64,000 nt of DNA, from NCBI RefSeq assembly GCF_000150275.1, contig NW_002060943.1, positions 124,001 to 188,000 of the forward strand. Reading direction: 5' to 3'. Positions 42,201-55,700 of this stretch are shown here, one piece after another. This DNA is from Trichoplax adhaerens (Eukaryota > Animalia > Placozoa). The notes under the pieces are model-generated. The model made no database searches, was not told the DNA's origin, and worked only from the letters and a program-made list of their open reading frames with translations. Position 1 is the stretch's first letter; each line of letters starts with the position of its first letter. Position numbers and translations under genes: made by a program.

Positions 42201-45200
42201 GATATCTATGATAGCAATATAACTAGAAAATGAGTAAACTTAAATTTTGTAAGATCTTTCAGCGATATTTGACAATCCGTAAAATCTTTTGCCAAAAAAT
42301 AATAAAGTTAAATTTTAAACTACCGAATAGTCCGTAAGTTCATAAAGAAAGGTGTGATTTCAATAACGGAAAAAAAATTTATAAACCTGACAACAATTTC
42401 AAATTATTTAACTATTGGTGCTAATAATGTCGTCCAGAGAAGCAAGAAATAGAATGAGATTGTAGGAGCAATATATCACAGCATACGAAACTTTACACCC
42501 TGGAAGTGTGCGAGCAGTACATAAACAATACACCTGGGCACATTTGGTTTTACTACAACGTAACATCAAATATTATTTTCTTAATAAGCACTATAGCAAG
42601 CAATGATTACGAACACATAAGTTTTAATTTGTAGTTTACCCATATTGCCGTATTAACTGATCCCCTGCCACATTTACCTAACCGTTAGATGATTATGTGC
42701 AAATAAATGAAATACAGTACGAAACTACTACCCTTGTCGAGTTCATGCAAGCAATGGCACAATTAATACATTAATAGCACAATGCTATTATAAATCCAAT
42801 ATAAAAGTATTATAATCGTATTAATTCATTACAAAGCTTCAATATTGTATTAAAATTATCTAACTCACAATTCTGTATCCATTATCTAATTAAAATTAAT
42901 AAGCATTAAAGTGATACTTGATGAGTAAAATTACAGATATGCTAACACCTCTATCATACCTTCTGTTTAACAGATTATCATTGTTACCGGTATCACAATA
43001 AGTCCATAAATATTCTTAAAAAGAATACAGTTACTTAATTTTATAATCAATTACGTGAGCCTATTCCTTACTTTGATTGCCCACGTTGCCCCAATCTTCT
43101 ATTTTTGACCTGTGGATATATCCGACGTATGATCTAAAGTGCGAGATATGGTAATTTTAATGTAAATAGAAATAAAAATGAGTATAACTACTCATCAGCA
43201 TATACTAAAATTATGCCATTTCTGGCAGTCCATATCATTTCTAATGAATTTCTGAAGAATTAAATATTGAAATATTCACAATTTCATCGCTGAATAAGAA
43301 TTTCGCACTTTGCACTACACGCTTAAAATTTTTGCATTTTAACGAAAATTGAGCAGATGCATATCACTAAAATCAATCAACTTTTCATATTTCTATCAGT
43401 AAGTTGTGATCCCGATAATACAGTATCGTTAAGTTTCGGTGCAAATTGATTCAAATGTATCAGTCCAAAAAGGTAACAAACGGTAAGATATAATTGATAT
43501 CAGAAATAAATTATGATCTAATATTAAGATCACAGCTAAATTAATTTTAGAAGATTTTCAGATGATTGTTACACGTGTTTAAATAGCAAGAAAGAAGGTA
43601 TTTGTACGCCATATGTGCTCATTTCAAGAATTAGTACACGAAGCATGTCTATCTATTGTAGTAATTCTAAATACGGTGCAATGTAAGCAAATAGTCAACT
43701 ATTCTGATTAAAGGTGAGAACTAATCGATCATTAGTGATATACCATTCTGCTAAAAATTGACCTATCCATAGTGACTTAAATTAAAAACCGACTTTATAA
43801 CTACAATTAATTTTTGCAGAATAAGATACAACGAAGCTAAAATAGAAGATCTCCGATTATTTTATGAACACAACTTTTCAAACGGGTGAATGATCAGTGA
43901 TTGTAGTAATTGATCTGCTACTTACTTTTCCAAAACTTGCAGCATTAGCAGAAGTTAGGTCATTCTTTTGACAAAAATCCAAGTAATGATTGTAGATTGC
44001 ACTACGCGCCAAGCTTACGCCATCTGCTACTTCGTAATTTTCCATTAGCCTAATTATTGAATTATATACCAGTAACTTGTTAGTCGTCATTATGAGACAG
44101 AATGAGCATCAAAAAATCCTAGCAGGTGATTCAGTATAGCAATTCAACGCCTTCCATCACACAATCCAGTATACAGCTAATTTATGAGATGACCACAGTG
44201 TTTCTAATACTGATTACGTCATGTAACTAGCAAAGCATGTCAAAAATTGTCACTTTCTCCATTGCTGAGTGCACGGCACTTTATACCAATATGATAGAGT
44301 TATATTTTCATAGGATACTATGCGTACGACGAATCTACTTCGAGTGAATACGTAATTATCTCGAATAATTGCAGGCTTCGCTACTTACCACTTAGCTGTT
44401 ACAGGGCATAATAGTTTATTTGACATTGGAGACTGATCTGCATCACCGGTTGGCGAATCTAAATACACAATTACGTATCAAATAAAATTGTTCAAAAACG
44501 GAAGTTTTAATTTAATGTTACTATGTAGTCCAACGAATTTGGTGATTCATTAAGCATTAGCGAATCATAATCTATTATTACATGCCACGGATACGATAAT
44601 AAATACTAGAAAAAAATTGAATTTTTTAACCATTATTAAAATTACAAAGTATCTAAGCCAGTAATTTACGGGATATAAGCGGATAACAAATCAGCAATCA
44701 CCCGATTATATGCGATTGTATATCAATTATATGACAGTAATTGGAACGGAGATTTACTCTTCTTATATAATCTTAAAAACTATAATCATCTATGCTGATG
44801 ATGCTGCAATAAATCTATTCCTTTAATGCCATTAGTATGATATTAGTTATTGAGAAATGGCAATTATTTCTCTATCTAAAGCTATAGAAGGCTAAAGCAT
44901 AATTTATATGTAATTATTAGGTAGACCTTTTCTCTCATTCTTGTAGCAATCTACTATACATTGTGCAATATGTCCAATCTAGCTACTCTGCTGATAAATT
45001 TTCACATACTAGGTAGGATTGGATATTTGGAGCGTTATATCTGTGCTTGATTGTCAGTAGTATAATGCCTACTGCTAAGAAATTAAATTATTATGTTACT
45101 TTATAACCTGTGCCATAAGACTACTTGAAGGGCAAATTGTCTCTTTCCGTATTAGCTTATTTATAAAAATGAACTAACTGAATTTTTACTTGTGCCAATT

Positions 45201-46888
45201 TGGCACGAGGCCGCGATAAGTTGGCTCATGGCAGCCACTTACTCATCTATAATATCAGGTATTTAGAAAGTAAACTTTCTTTGTACTTATCCTAATTTAA
45301 AATTATTTAAAGCATAGCACTACTGACATGAGATTTTACTTCCTGTGGTATCTACTCGTGTATCTAAATTAGCTAGCTAACCGATTAAATTACATATTAT
45401 ACATCAGGCTTAGGTTTACATATCTGGAGTGAGGTATCAGTGAGCTCTTTGGTCATCTATGGCCTGGGCGCTAATAAGAATCCTGTCCTCTTGAAGTAAT
45501 CTGAGTTATGTTAGCTCGTCTGATGATTAAACATCTAAATCTTTCATAAACGGCAGAGATCAAACTGCATCTGCATGTTATTAATATAATGTCAACGATT
45601 CAGTTATTGAGTAATTATACATTGTTTCAATTATAGCTATCTAAGACCTACGATTGCTGCTAACAGATCTTTTCCTCTTGCAGTAATTATGGAAAAGCTA
45701 ATCTACTGATTCAATTTGTGCATATATATCTTTTACAAAAAGAGTAATGTATGCATGCTTCTCTGCTTGTTAACAGTAGAAAAATTGTTCATTCTTGTCC
45801 TATTATATTCCAGTTAGGTTGTAGAGGAAACCTTGCATAAGCTGTAATCCATCAGTTAAGCAAGCAATTGCACTGATGCGAATGGTATTACAGCTTAACT
45901 CTCACATTCACGAGCGCTGAATAATTATTTGTATACCAGTACTGTGATATGAAGTGTGAAGGAATTTCACTTTCCAGTCTGAAAACAATTTAAAACTGAT
46001 GATGTCACAGCTTTTACACGAACATTTTTAATAATAAATGTTGAAAGTTAATCTATCGATTTCAGTAGTTCTCCACTCTACCTATCCCAAGCAGAATAGT
46101 ATACGTTTGCTATTAGCAAAAGCCGAAGATTTGATCCCGTTAAGCATATTATCCGTTGACAGGACATCGATATTAACGTAGTAAGCAACTAGTCAATGGT
46201 ATGTTTTTTTTCAACCCCTTATTCATGGACTGAAATAAGCTGCTATCGCAAGTGGACATGACCAGCGTTCTATCCTACAACCGATTATCTGCTTCTACAG
46301 CCTATACTTTATATCGATGTATACGTATATCTCTAAAGTATCTGCTTGAATGAATGATAATCTTGCTATGACTATAGATCTCATTTTATCAACTCGGATA
46401 AATAGTTTAATCGTTATCATCTACCAATGGTATATAAATCAAAATGGCCTACCGACCATACTTGCATTCAATGTATAAAAACACATACCAATTGCAAGCG
46501 ATTAAATTGACTATTAAATTACCTTCTTCGCTCCTTTGCTTGAGAATAGAATAGGCTGAACTAGAGCGATATTCTTTATGGCCATCAGGAATTAAATTTA
46601 AGATTGGCCAAGTAACCACGGGTGTCGCTGGCATCGCATGATGGCTACTCTTACTGATTACTACAGCAGGCAAATAACAGTTACCATGGCATCTTGATGA
46701 AAGTATTTTCAACCATACTACAACGTGTCTTAAGTACTATCCTTACCAGTCGTTTCCTTCATCGCCTCCTTATTGCTATCCCATGTCGTCGTATCCTGGC
46801 TGGAAACAATCTCTCTACTGTGACTAGGAGTCAAATTTTTGTCGAATTCAGCTGATTGAGATACAGGCATTTCTTGAACATCCGACAT
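39297..46888 (-). CDS. RFX4: RFX winged-helix transcription factor, RFX4/RFX6 class (closest to RFX4)
   Basis: The DNA-binding domain across exons reads [43 protein letters not shown]|[21 protein letters not shown]|YHYYGI. B/C/dimerisation regions: [66 protein letters not shown]. Putative start MSDVQEMP at 46888; stop at 39297. Confidence 0.9.
46680..46693. promoter_or_regulatory. X-box GTTACCATGGCATC in RFX intron 1
   Basis: 13/14 match to the canonical GTTACCATGGCAAC. Confidence 0.45.
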
Positions 46889-47730
46889 AGCTGATCTGGT
46901 TTGCAATATCGACAGTCAATCACCTTCAAAATAAATGTCAGCTTTTAAGCGCCATACCAATGATAACAACAACCCCATTTAATACACCTATACTCGACAA
47001 GCTTAATCCTATCTTATACCACAACTACAACAACAATAATGATGGTAGATTTCTTCTAAACTGTGATATGGCGTAGACGATGAAAAATAAATGAGTCCAA
47101 AGTAACAAAAAAGGCCAAAACAAAACATCAACTATGCGCCCAATCGACAACAAGTGGATCAAAAACATTCGGACAATACTCTGCGCTTGCAAGCGGAATA
47201 TACCATCAATATCAAGATAAAGCAAGAAAGAAAGTGCAATAACCAATATAATAACAAGAATTAACATGAATTATGTCATAGCTACTCTAGGATTGAATAA
47301 GGAAATGGAAAACCTTGAGATCGCGCCTACAATCCAACTTTCCAAGAGCAATACCAGGCAGCAAATGGCGGACAACTTTTCTAGTCATCAATAATTTGCG
47401 TAGAAGGGGCGGAAAAAATCCTCTCGGCGATACTGAACGGTAGTGGATGATGGGCAGTTTACGCACTTGTCGTCCTTGAAAATCTATTGGATATTTTCTC
47501 ACCTTTTCCTAGTCTACTATCTATGACGCTGAGCCATGTATGAGATAGTACCCTTATGGTATGGCCGGGCTATTTTTGAAATACCGGGAAACGATATGCA
47601 TAATTAATGAGGCCATTCGACCCCCTACGGTCGTCTTATGCAATAGTATAGAATATCTACTCCAACCTAAAGCGCTATACTATATTTACTATCAGATTTC
47701 ATAAATGGCCGCTTGCTTATCCTAACAAAA

Positions 47731-47771
47731 CATTTAGCATTTAGCGGCATTTAGCGGCAATTTAGCCGCAA
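47731..47771. repeat. Short (ATTTAGCGGC)-like repeat x4 upstream of RFX
   Basis: CATTTAGCATTTAGCGGCATTTAGCGGCAATTTAGCCGCAA. Confidence 0.7.
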
Positions 47772-49989
47772 TCCTATATTATATATATCAGCTTTCCTCG
47801 ATTAAAACTTACTTAGTGGCTAAAAGTTGGATGGGAGCTGCAGTCAGTTTAGTAATCACGTTGTATTACTCTCGGATAGTGCAATCAGAGAATTGCAACT
47901 GTAGAGTTATTGCTCAGCAATAACCGATATCGAGATAGTATTAATAATATTAATATTGATAGAAGTAAGGATAGAAATGCGTGAGGTAATATCCAGGTTT
48001 GCATCATTTTTCAACAATAACGACTAGGTGTTGACCTATCATTTGCAACCATAACATGTTAATAATACTGTATAACTGAAAATAATTTTTGTTACTGACA
48101 GCTATCGCATATAAAGCTGAAAATAAATTATACCTATAGTTTGATGAGTATAGACGCAATTATATATCGTACGTGCATATGTCTATGCGGGTAATGTTAC
48201 TGTAGGTTAGTTCGATATTCTACGTCAAACGGATCAAATGTTGATTTAACGCATAACTAATCGATAGATACTTTCCAAAAATTAGTAAATGCATCTGTAA
48301 TGAGTATAAACTCATTTATGGCAAATATACTTTAAGTTGCATCGACACATTGCACCACCATGGCTCTGCTTGATTATAATACGTACGAGTATAATTGTAA
48401 TCATAACATACTAATGCATTATCAGTGTTTTTAATCAAGCCCTATATTAGCTAGAGACTACAAATAATTAATTTATGCTACTTTCGGTAAGCTTAGCATA
48501 CCATACCGTGTATCCGTACGGCGTATACTCCAACAAGAGGATAATAAATGAATAAAGAATAGACTTTTAATTGGCAGAAAATGAACGTTCTACATACGAG
48601 TATATATCTTCGCGGCCTTATTTCATCAACGATTTGAATAAGCAAAACCCCACGTAGATTTCCTACGAATGATAGAGTAGCATACAAAAATAGCTGCTTA
48701 TCGTAATAAATAGATGGAAAGCCCTTATCCACTATTCACACACATGATACAAGCATCTTACAGCCCGTACGCTCGCTTGCATGAAGTGAGCTGACATAGT
48801 GAATTTGTAACTGTAGGAGGAGACAGGAATCACTGCGACATTATGCCAAAGCATTTCGGTATATGAAGAAGAACTTGATTTTACTCCCTCCCTCTTATTA
48901 CACGATATGCTTATATATACGTCAAATGTATTCCGTTTCAAAGTCTAACAAGATCACTGATATGGAGGCAAGATTGTTGCAAAATTAATATGGATGCTTG
49001 CATTAGAACGATGTATTCAGAATTGAGAAAATACTTTATTACACCAACGATCAAACATTAAGGAACTGTATTCAATCATGCAAATAGGAATAAAATTAAG
49101 AAACAGTAAAACTACAATTTTAAGTACCATAAACTTATATCCGGCCAAACAGGAAAGATAGCTGCTACTGACCGTAATAATATACTGTTGCTTGAGCTGT
49201 ATAGAGCATCGAGTAGTTACGGGGATTATACGTTACTCCAAGCTAATCTTCAACCTACAGTATATCTACAAGCATCTCATAAGCAAGTGCTGATATGACG
49301 AAAGAGTATTTATTATGATGCCTGCAATATACATATATATATATATATATACTGTATATATACCTTATAACTGGTGCAAACTAACTAACTGCAAACACCC
49401 ATACCTATATTACATACAAAGTGAAAAAAAACAATACTAATACACAGCAACTTTCTGAACTGAAATAATAATGTCACCATAATATTATTCTGGGTAATTA
49501 GAAATTACATATGACATATACATCGATAAAAATGAATAATAATATAATTAATATCTAACATATCATGCATGTTTAATGCTAAAAACTGTCCTATGAGTGA
49601 GTGACTATAGATCAGAATTACTCATCCACATAATCTCATGGTAGAACACTAATCCGGAAGAAAATTAAAAGCAAACTCTAACGACTAATAAATTCACTGC
49701 TCTATTCAACATATCAGTGTAAGTATAAAAGGTTATCTAATAATATAATATACATAAGTTAAACCTTACGATTATGCGCTAGTGAATATTCAGTTTTGTT
49801 TGATATGAGAACTGTCAAAACTTCCATTCGTTAATGACATACACGTAGCAATATACTGGCATATTTCATTCATCGAAAATGATATATATACTAAAAAATA
49901 TCCAACGTATACATAGCGATACAATTCTACGAGTTTCAACTCGTATACCAATATTCAATGGTATATTTATGTGATATATCTAATAGACC

Positions 49990-52222
<2,233 letters not shown>

Positions 52223-52789
52223 GCTTGAGGAAACGATGGCGTAGCACGCAGTCTTGAGCGATTTGCAGTTTTGATGTTTGCAGAGTTGCAGAACGAATTG
52301 ATGATGGGAAGCAATGTTGTCCACTGACTATTCCACTATATCCATAAAGAGTTAATAGAAAAAGCTGTTTTTCTCTGACCTCTATGGTACAGTATACAGT
52401 AGGACCGTATTACCAGGTTGCACAGCTTACTGATTGGTTGTTTCCGGCCGGTATCAATACGTACGGTACAGTACAGTACTGTACCGTACTGTACTGTACA
52501 CTGTACAGAACAGTAGAAACACAGTGCAGAAGTACTGTACACTGTGCACAAAATAATGTGTAAAATAAATGTCGTATAGAGCATGAAAAGCCTGTATGCT
52601 ACATTGGATATCACTGCCTTAACTTACGACATCTATTTTACACAGGGGCCTGCACTGTCAGACATGTAAACAACTAAAACAGGTAGTGGCTGAAGCCTGA
52701 CATTCATTCGCCTTTCAAGTCATCCAACACCAACCTTTTGGCGCCAAATTTATTTTTCTTCCCTCCTCACTACCGACGACATCACCAGG
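52223..52789. promoter_or_regulatory. Bidirectional SSAT/POLA1 promoter with AGTAC/GTACT cluster (52387-52546), inverted CCAAT box (CTGATTGG ~52430) and palindromic E2F site TTTGGCGCCAAA (52737-52748)
   Basis: The two ATGs are 567 bp apart head-to-head. Motifs were read directly from the sequence. E2F control of POLA1 is established in animals. Confidence 0.75.
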
Positions 52790-55700
52790 ATGATGGTGAC
52801 CTCTGAAAAACAAAATGAGACCGTAGACGATTCCAATAATACAGGTAATAACATAAAATAAGAAGGAGAAAAGGATGCTAAAATAATTCTCCCAATAAGA
52901 TCATTCACTGTCATTTATTTAAACCATTTGGACGGTATAGCAAGTAGGCGGTCATTGAGAGCCAAAACCAAATCCAAAGCCGATCGCGCAATAGAAAGCT
53001 TGAGGTAAGCTAGTATTGTGATTAGCATTTTATTCTTATCATGGCGCAGAATTCTATCATTTTGCAATCAGTTAAACTTTTTGCATGGCAGATGAATTGA
53101 TATTGCCACACAGAGTCGAATAGAAACTCTGTTGTCAACGTGATTCATTGAAATTTTTGCCATCTTACGATCATGTTGAGCAGCTGCATACTCCAGACCT
53201 GAGAGTCACTCTTGGGTCTCTAGCGTAGTCAAGCGGACTCGTCCAATTGCCATGGCAATATTCGGTTCACACTGGCGATAAACTGCCACACTGGCTGGCA
53301 TCCTATTGCCAGTCAAATATCAAAGGAGCTCTGCAACGATTAAATTCAACCTAGCTTGTATCATGACTACAATTTTATTTTGATATTTGCATATAATTTA
53401 TGTCCCGCAACCAGTTAAGCTTCTTGGATCATACATTGAATCAACATTGCCATGCAGACCTAAATGGAAGCTTTGTAGCCAGCGTTATGTAGTAGATTTT
53501 TGCAATCTTACCATGATGCAAAGCAGCTACAAAGGTGCACTTGTCAAATGGTTACGTTCTGTGCCTACTGGACGTAGAATTGGCATTCGATGTCATTATG
53601 TTATCAATCAAATGTCCAATAAATTCCACTGACAATCTAATTTAAGCTAGCCTTGCATTTTATCCTTACCCTTGTTCATGATTTCCATTATCCTGCGATC
53701 AGAACTTCTCGGATAACAACTGAATAGAAGCTCTGCTATCAGCTTATACATTAAGCCTTTCAACCTGACGTTGATGTTGAGCAGCTGTGTATAGCACTAT
53801 GGACTACTAAATATGCCCTCATATTGAGGGGCATAAGTATTTAGTGCTCCATGATTGTACGTATGCGTGTTCGTCGAATCGCTGTAACGATGTTCCCACC
53901 TAGCACAACTTTAACATGCTCTCGATAACATCATGTTGCCAACAAATCGCTATCTAATGAACTCTATTGACGAGCTAATTTAAGAAAATTGATGTTTTAC
54001 ATTAATGTATATTTACTTTCAATAAAAGTTGTTGATTGAACCTACAACAGCTATTGATATTACACATGTTCTATTATAATTTAGGAAAGCCAAAGAAGAT
54101 GGTGGACGTTATAAATACCAAGTAAGTTTATAATATCCTTATAATCCAATACGATAACAACAAATCAACATTGATATTAGAAATACCTCATGTACATCAA
54201 GTAAATGTTTAGTCTAAAGATCAAAAGAGCATCATTGATATCCAGTACCTCTATACACCACTCCAACATTACATACTCTCACCATATAGTTGGCCGATCG
54301 ACTTGTAAAACGGAGCATGATTAGTATTTGGCAAGTACTGTAGAATGTTGAATAAAATCTTATCAATGGCTTGAATCCAACAGTGAACTTATTGGTAAAT
54401 GAACAAAATCGCATTATACGAGCCAAATTACAATGATAGTACAGCAATGTATGCCGATATACTATATAAAATAAGAATAGATCAGCATGTAAAAGACTTG
54501 ATGCCTTTAAATATACCCTCAATAGCTTATATTCGACTTGAATACTCTACCTGCATTTCTCATCACCCTTATGTATAGGTACAAAATTCGGTTAAATTAT
54601 AGCCTAGCACTCACCTAACAGTTACATAAAGTAAAATTAATTTCAAGTGAATTCAAGTGAATTGACCGAAGTCATCATGGTTTATTATATTACCGGCGTA
54701 ATTACAGCAATGGGAATGCTTTCATTATTAGTAGGGTCTAGTTGCGTTAAAAATGTCAAAGTTAACTATTTTTATTATCGTAGGTTAATGTACCATCCAA
54801 TAGTGTTAAATTAACAGATTTGATGTCAGCTAGTACAGTGTGACGTTATCTACCAACTGTGTAAATGAACATTTTGTATACCAATTACTCCGATATCCAG
54901 GATAGAAGTAGCTTAATTTACTAAATTTTAAAGGTATGGTTGTTAATGCTTATTGTAAATTTTAATGCGATCGTAGTTGGAGAAACATTCAAACATCTAT
55001 GAAGAAGTTGATGAAGTAGAATACTCACGAATTGTAACTTCAAGACAAGAAGATGAATGGATTGTTGATGATGGTAAAAAAGCTAATGCTGGAAAGCGTA
55101 AAAATTAAATTTCTATTGTAAAGCTCATGTCATAGGAGAAAGAAAATCAGATAGTATTTTTCATTAACCATTTACGCAGACTACTGTACATTATATGTAG
55201 AAGATACACTATGATGTCTTGTTTTTCTCTTTTTCATGCTACAATCAATATCACAACGTCATAATTGCTGTCCAGATTTAGTGATCAGTGATACCCGGAG
55301 CATGTGTACAAACCTATGCGAACTAATCTATCATTTTTAATAGATATATTTTGTTCGATTATTGTATTAACAAATGGGATTCCGCCATGACTCTATAATA
55401 AGCTTTACTTGATTTGTACTTGACAGCGCAATTATAACTTTAAACAGTATATTAACAGGCATTCTATTATTATTTAATTAGAGTCTCGGTTATAATGTTA
55501 CTGCAGGCGTGAGCATTTACATGAGATAATGTTACATCTTCTTTACAGCTTTTACTATCGTAGTATACTGTCATTTCGTTTTGCTACTTTACTGATTTAT
55601 GTGTATATGTCATTGCAATGCAGATGGCACTGGCTATGCTGACCATGGAAGAGAAGTTTTCGACGATGACTTTGATCAAGAAGATACCGAAATGGATTCA

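Noticed and set aside
42960-43015. AG...GT-bounded segment after the RFX GQSK exon as the next coding exon
   Set aside because: It has an in-frame stop; the true continuation YHYYGI is at ~42207-42122. A poison exon cannot be excluded but nothing supports it.
53180-53460. U17/snR30 or RNase P identity for the POLA1 intron units
   Set aside because: There are superficial resemblances (TGCATAT...CCATGCAG; AATTCAACCTA), but the U17 m1 (AUAUUCCUA) and m2 (AAACCAU) motifs and an RNase P P4 partner strand are missing.
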